DNA of 64,000 nt from Macrostomum lignano (Eukaryota), in contig NIVC01002142.1 of NCBI GenBank assembly GCA_002269645.1, positions 1-64,000 of the forward strand. Direction: 5' to 3'. The notes under the pieces were generated by a model. That model saw only the letters and a list, made by a program, of their open reading frames with translations, had not been told where the DNA came from and did no database searches. Each line of letters opens with the position of its first letter. Position 1 is the stretch's first letter. A program made the position numbers and the translations under genes. This document shows positions 10,140-20,700 of the stretch, piece after piece.

Positions 10140-10146
10140 TTTTATA
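10140..10146 (-). promoter_or_regulatory. Candidate TATA box (TATAAAA) upstream of the integrase region
   Basis: Canonical motif 83 nt upstream of ATG 10057. The region is AT-rich, so chance occurrence is possible. Confidence 0.3.
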
Positions 10147-10314
10147 TTTTTTAGCGGATAAGAAACAATAAGTTGCATGATTTTCTTAAATGGAGAGACT
10201 TAATTAAGTTTTCTGGATAAATGAGCAATGTTAATTATAGAAATTGTTAAATGAGCCAATTTAAGTATGTCACCAGTCACCAAAGTTCTTCAAAGCACTT
10301 CTTATTCTTCTTCT

Positions 10315-11058
10315 TCACTCCTCATCCTCATTGAGGCGCAGTCTCATGGCATTCTGCCTGCGCAGCGGATATGGTTGCTTGCGCTTCCTGACGTTCTCGA
10401 CCGCAGCTGCTTCAGCCCGGAAGCGATACCAGACTGGGTCCTGCAGCAAATCCGAATCCTGCTTTGGGATAAAGCCAGCTGCAGCACTTGTCACCGGTAG
10501 AGGCGTTGATGTGACCACTTCATCGTCGATGCGTAGAGTGCTTGATTGGACGCCCTCATCCTCAGTCTTCGCAAGCCGCATGGTGTCGTCCTTGTTGCTG
10601 TTGTCATCATCATCACCGTTTCTCTCGCTCGAAGATCCCGACTCCAGCTCATACACATCAGAAATTTGGCGTGGGGCAGACAGCTGCTCGTCGATCCATG
10701 CAGCCTGCTCCCACAGTTTTCGCCACAGAGCTGGTGCCAAGGCCACAGTGTTTCGCTTCAAAAATTCTTCGCAGCAATCTTCTGGAAGCCGTCTTAGCCA
10801 GATGATGCCGTTCTTAACCTCAACAAACTTATCAAAACCGAGTTTGATGATCCTCTGTTGCCCGCCTAGGGCCGCCTTCACGAGAGTTCGCTTCAGTTCT
10901 TTCAACTTCTCCCATTGTCGGATGTTGAGGTTAAATCCGGGAACGCCGGGTTTTAAACTTGCTGTGCTGCCATGTCGATAAAATTTCCGAATCGCAATAA
11001 ACTGTACTCCTTCATACTCTTGTACTTGAAGTTTGTAGCCTTCTCCAATATCGACCAT
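10315..11058 (-). CDS. Protein with two PC4/Sub1-like ssDNA-binding domains and an acidic tail
   Basis: DIGEGYKLQVQEYEGVQFIAIRKFY...LKPGVPGFNLNIRQWEKLKE matches the PC4 signature. A weaker second copy reads KLGFDKFVEV...VALAPALWRKL...IDEQL. Confidence 0.75.
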   Translation of the reverse strand: MVDIGEGYKLQVQEYEGVQFIAIRKFYRHGSTASLKPGVPGFNLNIRQWEKLKELKRTLVKAALGGQQRIIKLGFDKFVEVKNGIIWLRRLPEDCCEEFLKRNTVALAPALWRKLWEQAAWIDEQLSAPRQISDVYELESGSSSERNGDDDDNSNKDDTMRLAKTEDEGVQSSTLRIDDEVVTSTPLPVTSAAAGFIPKQDSDLLQDPVWYRFRAEAAAVENVRKRKQPYPLRRQNAMRLRLNEDEE

Positions 11059-11132
11059 TATTAATTAGTTATTACGATGTAACGGAGCGAGAATTTCAAA
11101 AATTTTATTATTTGTGAAAACAAATTTTCTGG

Positions 11133-11140
11133 TTTATATA
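11133..11140 (-). promoter_or_regulatory. Candidate TATA box (TATATAAA) for the PC4 gene / minus-strand block
   Basis: Canonical motif 75 nt upstream of ATG 11058, just inside the terminal repeats. Confidence 0.45.
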
Positions 11141-11144
11141 CAAA

Positions 11145-11356
11145 TATCTCCTATGTAAACACATGCGGCTATGTATTCACATTAGGGGGCCTACCCCTAT
11201 GGAACACAGGTGCCTATGTACTCTCATTAGGAGTCTACGGAATTCCCATGGCTTTGCCTGCGGCAGAGTTGAGCCATGCAAACACATAGGCGCCCTTCTG
11301 ATCCGGGCCCACGGAATTTCCGTGGCTTTCCCTGCGGCAGAGTTGTGTTATCCTCT
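11145..11356. repeat. Polinton terminal region (probable right TIR) with internal direct repeats
   Basis: Two 35-bp direct repeats (11237-11271 and 11311-11345), several CTATGTA...CATTAGG-like units, and a perfect hairpin CCACGGAA-T-TTCCGTGG. Confidence 0.6.
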
Positions 11357-11489
11357 AATAATAATAATAAGAATACACAGCTGCTTGAAATATACGGGCC
11401 TTGGACTGCTTCGTCTTACGAGTTCAACCTGTCTGCCTCCTGACATTAATCAGTGGAATGAGCACAGCTAAGTCACAGTTACCGCTCAC

Positions 11490-14400
11490 CTGCTAGTGAA
11501 CTGCGGACCAACTGAAAACAACAGGCGACCCTCGGAGCTGCACAGGTGAACCATGTTAGCCGTCTGGTCAACCAGGATGAGGCGGTTGCGCTCGGCGCAG
11601 ACTCGGACGCGCGTTGGCCTCGCGTCAAATTGGGCACCGGTCGGTTTGGTCAGCGCAAGCTTGTCCCCGTTCGATACGGCATTAATTAACAATTCGGACA
11701 CTCGGACAGTTCCGGACGGCAAGTTCAGAATAAAGCAGCGGTCTGACAGGCAGGCGATGGAGGCGGGCGCGTCTGGTAACGGCGGCGTCGCCTCCGAGGG
11801 CTCCTCAAAGCTGCCGCAACTGTCGAAACAGATCGTCGGCCAGAGACGCAGCTTGTTGCCATGGCAACCAACTAGCTGACGCGGCTGCTTTAACCAAAAC
11901 AGATCGGCAATGGGATCTTCTCCGCTGACGTGGAATTGGCTAATAAGCCGGAGCCCGCTGCCCGTCAGCAGGAGCAGGCGCGACGCGACCGACTCGGCGA
12001 TGGCCAGCACGACAAAGTCGTCTCCGCACAGCAAGCTCGGCCTGCTCAGCGACTGCACAGCGAATGGCGAGCCCTGCGGTGCCAGCTGCTCGCCGCCAGA
12101 CTTGTTGCCAATTTTGATGACGAATTCCAGCAGCCTGTACTGGTTGGAGTTCGGCGTCTCGTCGGCCACCACCAGCCACTTGCGCGAGGCCAGCCAGCCC
12201 AGGCGCACCGGACAAACAAGACCGCAGCGGCCTTTCCGCACGGTGGTCCGCCAGGCGTCCGGCTCGGATAGCGACACCAGGTAGAGCCCGAACTCGGGGC
12301 TGCAGATGGCGAGTAACAGGCCCGTGCTGACTGCGTCTTCCGGAGCGGTCATTGGTTGACTGAAATAGGAATTAAAGTGGTTTATCAAAGGATTAAAAAA
12401 CGAGATAAAGTGGGCAGGGAGAAGGAACAGAGGAGCGTAAAGAGGCAGACAGTGGAAGTGGAGTTAGTTTTGCGCTCGGGTGCACCTGCACCAATGAGCA
12501 ATCTCTAGCCAGATGGGCCGGACATTGCCCTCTAAACCCTCCGTAATTCCCACTCCCCCATCCCGTCTGCCCCAGTTTGTCGCGTACCCAGTTCTGATTG
12601 GCTGGGCGACCCACCCCACCCCAAATTACCTCTAGCCTCTGTGCTCAAGTTTGCTATTATGTTATTATGATTTTGTGCACTGTTATGTCGGCCAATTGGC
12701 TTTCAGAAGTGAATTGATAGTCCTAATCTGTGACCCTAGAGATTTAGGGTGCGAGAATGAAATATACGCACAAATAAGTTGGCGGTGGGCGAGAAGGTTT
12801 GCTCTGACTACACCCTTAACTATTGCAAGATGAGCTCTCAAATTAAGCTACGCCTAAGATAACCCGCCCGCTTTGCCTCGCAGCGATTAGAGCAGCAAAC
12901 AAACAGTAAAATATTCTACTCAAAGTCTGACCCGTCATTGGCAAAGTTCGGCCCAACGCGGAAGCTCAGAGAGCCGTCAGACTCGCAGACCAGCACCGAG
13001 CAGTTTGCCCTGTCCACAATGACCACGCGACGCTGTTTGCAGATTCGAACTCGGTGGGGTCGCAGATTCCGAATAGCCTCATCGGCGGGGCCTGTCACAG
13101 TCAGCCGGCCGATCTGGCTGCCCCTGGAGTCATACGCCCGAATGGCTCCCGATGGCTGCTCCAGGATGAAGCAGCGGTCGGCCAGCCCGCCGGCAGAGAC
13201 GGCCCGTTCCGATGCGGCGAGCGTCAGCAGCACCAGACTAGCGATGGCGGCAGACGGACTGTCGGAGTGGCTTGCGTCGGTGTCCTCACTGCAATTCAGT
13301 TTCCTGCGCCGCTTGCATTATTAACAGCAGATTAGTGTGCCGGTGTGTAGCAAGTGGGGACTGAGAATCTGGGAGGCTGGCACAGCAACTGAGGATCTGG
13401 GAGGCTGGCACAACAACTGAGGATCTGGGAGGCTGGCACAGCAACTGAGGATCTGGGAGGCTGGCACAGCAACTGAGGATCTGGAAGGCTGGCACAGCAA
13501 CTGAGGATCTGAGGATCTGGGAGGCTGGCACAGCAACTGAGGATCTGAGGATCTGGGAGGCTGGCACAGCAACTGAGAATCTGGGAGGCTGGCACAGCAA
13601 CTGAGGATCTGAGGATCTAAGAGGGTGGCACAGCAACTGAGGATCTGGGAGGCTGGCACAGCAACTGAGGATCTGGGAGGCTGGCACAGCAACTGAGAAT
13701 CTGGAAGGCTGGCACAGCAACTGAGGATCTGGGAGGCTGGCACAGCAACTGAGAATCTGGAAGGCTGGCACAGCAACTGAGGATCTGGGAGGGTGGCACA
13801 GCAACTGAGGATCTGGGAGGGTGGCACAGCAACTGAGGATCTGGGAGGCTGGCCCAGCAACTGAGGATCTAGGAGGCTGGCACAGCATCTGGGAGGGCGG
13901 CGGACCTACTATAGATTTAAACTGGGAATGAGTAAAGCGAACTGGGAAGGTAACTCTGGATCAACAATTAGTCGCTGCTAACATCTTCTCAGGGTGCAGG
14001 CCGCCAGCAGTGCGGGGCGCGCACAAGCCGCCATCGCAGCAGACGCCCAGCTGGCTGTCCGGCAGCCAGCACATGTCTCTGACAGCGCCAGCCAAGCTCA
14101 GTCTGACCATTCGAACAATGCTTGAGCAGTCGCTGCTCAGGCACAGAATCCTTGGCCCCTCATCGGTGAGCACGGAGACGAGGATGCCTTCATCGCTGGC
14201 CAGAACGCAAGGCCTGCTCAGTGACAAAATTTCATCAGGATGAGCAGCCTGCAGAGTCAGCGAGGCAGCCATTTTAAATGCATTCACTTTGAAAGCGTAG
14301 AGACTGTAGCCATCTGGTTGCCTGGCAACCTCATCAACAACAAGCAGATTCTGCAACTTGCTACTCCAGGCCAGACTAATCGGATGCCTCAATCTGTTCA

Positions 14401-16781
14401 ATTTTTTACTTTTATTCACGACAGTCTTCCAAGCGCTGGGATGCTGGAGCGAAACAAACAGAATGCCTTTGTCGGAGCAGCAGATGGCCAGCAGACTGCC
14501 AGTGCTGACCGCGTCTTCCAGGTTTTCGATGCTGTAGCTGGACAGAGAAAAAACGATTTCTGTTAAAATCTATAAAGTTGGTTAATTATTACACTTGTAA
14601 ATTCCAAAATTCAGACGCTTGCTGCGTGAATGTTCTCGCCAGTAAAGACAGAGACCATTGCATCGCAATAATCCAACCAACCTGCAGCTGAATCTCGGTC
14701 CAACTTGAAAGCGCAGTTGACCATCTGGTTGGCAGACGGTCACAGTTTGGCCAGCTTGATCCAGGATGATAAGCAGCTGGCGCTTGTCGCATACTCGGAT
14801 GCGGCTGGGATGCGGCGACAGCCGAGACACGCCAAGGCGGCCCAAATCTGCTCCCTCGGAGCTGAATGCTCGAATCTGGGACTCTGCGAGGGTGGTAGCG
14901 AAAATCCGACTGGACAAGCAGGCAGCCGACAATACGTAGCTTGATGTAGATACAGAGGCTGCGATGATAAAAGTGGAAAAGTCGACTCCACCAGTAGGCG
15001 ACACCTTAGTCACAGGCTGAGCAGTCGGCATAGTCTCCTTAGACTGCACCGATGTTGATAGTTGGGCACCACTGCCAGCACTCACCAAGCCTGAGCGCAG
15101 TTCTCTGCAATTTAAAAAACAGTAAAACTAGAAAACGTCAATATTCGGCGCTATTACACTTTAATGAGGGGTGAAGCTGAAGCGGTCCTCTCACCTGCGA
15201 CAAGTATCGTCAAAGAATTTCTCAGGAAATGAGCTACAAACTCCATCAGCAGAGCATAGTATCAGTGTCTGGCTACGCCAACACATGTCAGTAACTGTTT
15301 CCATGACCGAGAGTTTAACAGTACCGATCAAGGAAGTACATGTATCGTTCATGCTGACAATCTGTGGTCCCTCACTGCTCAATACAGAGAGCAGAATACT
15401 GCTGCTGCTGCACAGCACGCACGGAGTGGCCAGGGACTTCACTAGCACACTGGATTGGGACACGAGAATCAGTCCGATAGTGGATGCAGCTTCATTTCCA
15501 ACTGAAAACATTTTAACCATGTACTGACAGCTGTCAACTTCATCGAGAACTACTAGCTGTTTAAGCTTCGAGTGCCACTCCAACTGCACAGGACGCATCA
15601 GTTCGATTATCTTCTTTGGGATGGCCGTTCGGACCGAAATATTGGCAAAGTACACAGCAAAGATGCCGTTGCTCGGGCAGCAGATCATCAGCCGGCTCTC
15701 CGTGCTCACTGCGTCTAATGGCAGCTCCAGCAGCCTGAAATATAAAGATTTAGGCCCTTTAATTCGGATTTACTATTGGTAACCATTGTTAAATGTGAAT
15801 CAACGGCTTTCATGACTCCAATGCAAAATACAAACATATTAGAAAACTCGAAAAAGCATTGATTACATTAAGAGTTTTGAGCTACCTTTTCTTGCTGAAC
15901 TTTGGCCCAACGCTGAACTCAAGCCGACCGTCAGGCCGACACACGGCCACAACACCGGCACTTTTGTCAACTACAATCACCAGCTTCCGTTTGCTGCAGA
16001 CCCGAATGCGATGGGGCTGCAGAGCCACCGCAGACCCATCAGGGTTCGTCACAGTCAGGTCGCGGATCAAAATTGCTGGACTAGAAGAATTGCAAAATCG
16101 AATAACATTTGATGGCTGCTCCAGGACAAGGAGCTGGCCTGACAGGCTGGCGACAGACACGGCCTGTTTTGATGCACCAGTAGCTGACGCAGCCTGTTTT
16201 GATGCACCAGTAGCTGACACAGACTGTTTTGATGCACCAGTAGCTGACACAGCCTGACTTGACGAATCAGTAGCTGACATAGCCTGTTTTGATGCACCAG
16301 TAGCTGACACAGCCTGATTTAACGAATCAGTAGCTGACACAGCCTGTTTTGATGCACCAGTAGCTGACACAGCCTGATTTAACGAATCAGTAGCTGACAC
16401 AGCCTGTTTTGATGCACCAGTAGCTGACACAGCCTGACTTGACGAATCAGTGGCTGACTCAGCTCCTGAGGCATCAAGAAGTTTCTTCATCACTCTGAGC
16501 AGTTCGCTAGCCGCAGACTCCGCCGCAGCCTCATCCCAAGAGCAGCTGACTGCCCAGCTGGACTCATCACTTAGAGCCTCATCCAGGACAGCCTCAGCAT
16601 CCAGCAGCTCCTCTAGAGAGGCTGGCAGCTCCATATCGACGATGGCCCGCAGGCGGTCTCGAGCCCGGCTTCGGCTGGCCATCTCCGCGGCTACAGCAGT
16701 CCGGCGCCTCTGCACAGCCAGTTGAAGCTGCTCAACGAAGCTGCTGGGCTGCGGCAGGGCGTCAACGGCCGGCGAATCCAT
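11490..16781 (-). CDS. Multi-propeller gene 3: helical N-terminus, 10-aa repeats, NHL-like six-bladed propellers. Exons about 16781-15890, 15737-15195, 15108-14685, 14537-13978, 13288-12925, 12360-11490; last exon outside the window
   Basis: Alternating module B (SxAxLS..FxLEQPS...PHRxRVC..VIxD...FxVGPxF) and module A (PEDAVSTG...PVRLxW...SLxxPxxLC...DMCW) exons with GT/AG boundaries. A GTGAG donor at 11489 leads into the intron holding the Polinton. Confidence 0.8.
13355..13890. repeat. Intronic ~28-bp minisatellite (TGAGGATCTGGGAGGCTGGCACAGCAAC), dispersed family copy 1
   Basis: Tandem units visible; explains spurious ORFs 13286-13888 and their overlaps. Confidence 0.95.
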
Positions 16782-17757
16782 GCTGAAATATTATACGTTG
16801 CCATGGAAACTATAAGAAACCGAATTTCTAGGCTCTGAGTCCTACCCTAAAGTTAAATGAAATGAAGAAAACAATGGTCATAAAATGTCAACACGAGCTG
16901 ACAGGGCAGCCTTTGTTATTTTCATAGAGCATTTAATATAGAAAATATGGCACAGTGTTGAACAAATAGTTTCTCTGCAATAAGTGTTGAATAAATAACA
17001 CATTAATAGGCAATCACCGCATACACTGAAGAGTCGGAAAAGTCGCAAATAACGATTCAGTGGCACCACAAAAGCGTTAAACTACAGCACAGCTTAAAAT
17101 AATAATTTACCGCGTGGTTGGCCACCGGATAACATCGAAAATAAACGAATTATAAGTAGAGGATAAGTAGAGACTCCACCTTATGAGCTTAAGTTTACAG
17201 ACTAGTCTTTAATTATCCTCTTGCTTGTTCTCTCCTATTCCAAGTCCAATTTTTGTCGCTTTTTTCGCAAAATCCAGCTTTCTGGTGTCACTGTGAGCAG
17301 AATGACGTATCATTTGTGTGCATAGGTTACTCGGGCTCCGCTTTTATGAGCTTAAGTTGACAGGCCCTTTCAAATTATCAGCACTCAATTTGATACAATT
17401 AAAAGGTAAATTTTAATTTCATAGTCGTTTTGTCATCCTTTTAACAAAAGTCAAAGACTAAAGCCCTAAGCCATCAGGCTCCGATTGACGAGTAGTTTGA
17501 CAGTTTGGTCCGGTTCCGGTTATTCCTGATTCTCTGAGAGCATAAATATCCACGAGCCTGATGATAGTGAACCTGATTTACCAGCCTAAATCTTGAATAA
17601 AAAAAATAAAAAATCACAGAGCTGTGGGCATCATGCCCCATTCCGCTGACTCCTGAGCACCCATACACACACTCACTGGTAATTCGCACTATCTACTTAA
17701 AGTACTAGTAGGCAACTTAGCCAATCTACGAGTAAATGCATGCAAACTCAACTAACT

Positions 17758-20700
17758 TCAGGTGTCAAGAATCAGCTTTCCACCGCAGCACAGCCAGAGC
17801 TGCCGCCCCGCCCAGCTCATGTCGGTGACGGCGCCGCCATCCGCAGGCAGCTGGCAGTCCGCGACGGTGCTGACAGCCGAGCAGTCGTCGGCCACGCTCA
17901 GCAGCCGAGGCCCCTCCTCGGTGAGCGCAGACAGCAGGAAGCCGCCGCTGCTGCTCAGCACGCTGGGGACGGCCAGGGAGCGAACGGGGTCGCGAAGAGC
18001 GGCCTGGAGATGCAGCGTGGCAGCAGTAGGGCTCTTCACGATCTGGAAGGTGCTCACGGAGAATCTGTCGGTGGAGACTTCGTCAAGCACGATGAGCAAC
18101 TGGCGGGAGCCGCTCCAGGCCAGGCGGATCGGCCGGCGCAGCTTGTTGCGCTCTTTTTTTATTGTGGTTCTCCACTGGCTGGGCTGCTCCAGGGACACCA
18201 GGTAGAGGCCCCTGTCAGGTGAGCAGATCGCCAGCAGCTCGCCAGTGCTGATGGCGTCTGATGGCTTAGAAAGCAGAAAGCTGCAGATCCGGAAGGTGAA
18301 CAATGAAATTAATTTTTACAGGCAATTGAGCAAAGATGATTACAATTTCAATTCGCCTTACTTAGTGCTGAATCGAGGACCAACAGAAAACTGCAGTCTA
18401 CCCTCCGAGCTGCACACATAGACAATTTGACTCAGCTCATCAATGAGAATGAGAAGCCCGCGCTCCTCGCAGACTCGAATTCGCGCTGTCTGCGGGCTGA
18501 GCTTTGAGCCGTCAGATTTGGTCAGCGTCAGCAGCTGCCTGCTGGCCGGGCGATTTCGATCACAGTCCATTGACGTCACAAGGACGGATCTGGAAGTCGG
18601 CTCCAGAATGTACAGCTGATCAGACAGGCGGGCTGCTGAGGAAACCAGGATGTCAGAGGTGACATCAGCTGGACTCTGCTGTTTTGGCGCAGCTGTCTCC
18701 GCTGATGGGGTCCAACTGCTGCAGCTGTGGCGGAATTGGCATGGCGGACATTAAAAGTTTTTAGTGACACTTTTGGCTCTGTGTTGGCTCGGTTCTTATC
18801 AGTAATAATAAGCCAGCAAGAGCAGCCGAACAAAAATTGAAGCGAGCGAGTGACAATTGAAGCGACCGAGTGACAAGTGAAGCGAGCGAGTGACAATTGA
18901 AGCGACCGAGTGACAAGTGAAGCGACCGAGTGACAATTGAAGCGACCGAGTGACAATTTAAGCAACCGAGTGAAAATTGAAGCAGCCGAGTGACAATTAA
19001 AGCAACCGAGTGAAAAGTAAAGCAACCGAGTGATGATTTAAGCAACAGAGAGAAAATAAAAGCAACCGAGTGACAATTGAAGCAACCGAGTGAAAATGGA
19101 AGCGACCGGGTCGATTTGGCAAAATACAACAGCTGAAAAAAACATTTAGAATGACAAACCTCTCATAGCTAATTTCCGGCCAGAGTAGTAGCTTGTTTCC
19201 ATGGCAACAAGCCAGCTCTCGCTGCCACCAAAACAAGTTAGTAGCCAATGAAGAACCCGCATCTTCAACGGTAAACTGTTGCACTGAATCGCACTGACTG
19301 CCAGACAGCAGAAGAACTTTGGATCCGCTGGTACCGCTGACAGACACCAAGATGCAATCCCGGCCGCACAGCAGACTCGGCCTAGTCAGCGACTCAACCG
19401 GAACTCCACCCGCTGGAGATCCTTGCGGAGACAGCGCGGCCGATGTCTTGATGACAGTGATGGTAAAGGCCAGGATTCTGTACGCACCGGGTCGCACTCT
19501 GCGCCCGGTGGACGCAGCCGCGGTCTCGTCGGCCACCACCAGCCACTTGCGCGAGGCCATCCAGCCGAGACGCACCGGACAGGCGAGGTCGCAGCGGCCT
19601 TTCCGCACGGTGGTCCGCCAGGCGTCCGGTTTGGTTAGCGACACCAGGTAGAGAGCGAACTCGGGACTGCAGATGGCGAGCAACTGACCGGTGCTGACAG
19701 CGTCTTCAGGGGCTTCCAGGCTGTAGCTGCATTGGAAACAGTCAGTTAGCAGTGCAGAATGAGTGCTTGATATAGTAATATTTTAACTGAAGGACCAGAT
19801 AAAGAATCCCATAGCGAGACTCGGACAGGCGAGAGATTGGATGAAAGAAAAGATAGAAGATAAGAGAGAAGAACGGAGAGAGAAATAAGAGGGAAGAGAG
19901 GAGAGGGAGAGGGAGAAGAGGAGAGAGGAGAGAAGATAGGGAAGAGAGGGTACAGGAGAGTGAGAAGAGAGGGGAAAGAGAGCTCAAAAAAGAGACACCA
20001 ATCTTGAGCGGGCCGGATTGCTATGGTGAAGTTTCAAATGACCGGAGGGCCGGACTGAGAGGCTTCTCGGGCTGCATGTCTCCCATGGACCGGAATCTGG
20101 CGACCACTATTTTACCGCGTAACCCTGACACCGGACTACGAAACCCTGCAGTCAAGCTTAAAGCAAAGACTGCAACGGATCGAAATTCTACTGACTCCCT
20201 GTGGCTGGTAGGAACAGTAAGAAGGGATTCCAACGAAGCGACACTGAGCTGCCCAACCCGAACCTCGAAAATTTGTGTTGCAGAAAGTGTCTTTTCTCTT
20301 TATGGACTTTGTCAGTTTCATTATGTATGGAACTCTGCAACTGCGAATTATCTTCGATACACGGCAGCTTATGAACTATTGAGCTCAGTAAACTCACGCG
20401 TCGCTAAACTTTGGCCCAACCTGGAAGCTGAGCTGGCCATCTGGCTGGCAGACGAGCACCGCACTCGGGTATACGATGAACACCAAGCGACGGCTACGGC
20501 AAACTCGAACAGCGCGCGGCTGCTGCGATGCAACTGACGCAACTGACGCAGCAGCTGAGCTGGTTACTGACAAGCTGCTAATTTGGCTTGACTGCGAGTC
20601 GCAGACTCGAACAGCTGGAGACTTCAGCTGAAGAAAAAAGCACTGGCCCGACAGAAATGCAGCCGAGTAAATTTGTACCGACGAGCCCATTGTAAGCAGA

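Larger units (their letters stand above)
1..11356. mobile_element. Polinton/Maverick (adintovirus-like) element, right part; left part lies outside the window
   Basis: Co-located pPolB, rve integrase, A32/FtsK-like ATPase, adenain-like protease, and major and minor capsid-like ORFs, all intronless and tightly packed. Host-type intron sequence resumes after about 11,370. The right end is placed tentatively at ...TCCTCT (11,356), following the AG...CT terminal rule. Confidence 0.93.

Noticed and set aside
10331-10981. Long antisense ORFs over Polinton, propeller and host exons (e.g. 10331-10981, 8120-8506, 17762-18205, 23466-24062)
   Set aside because: Shadow frames of GC-rich coding sequence with no independent support.
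13286-13888. Long Cys/Ser/Pro-rich ORFs here and at 34591-35817, 36004-36357, 36846-37298, 39342-39977, 47493-47762, 54463-55379, 55695-56212, 56837-57622, 59040-59906 and 60479-62143
   Set aside because: They are translations of intronic tandem repeats with no domain content.
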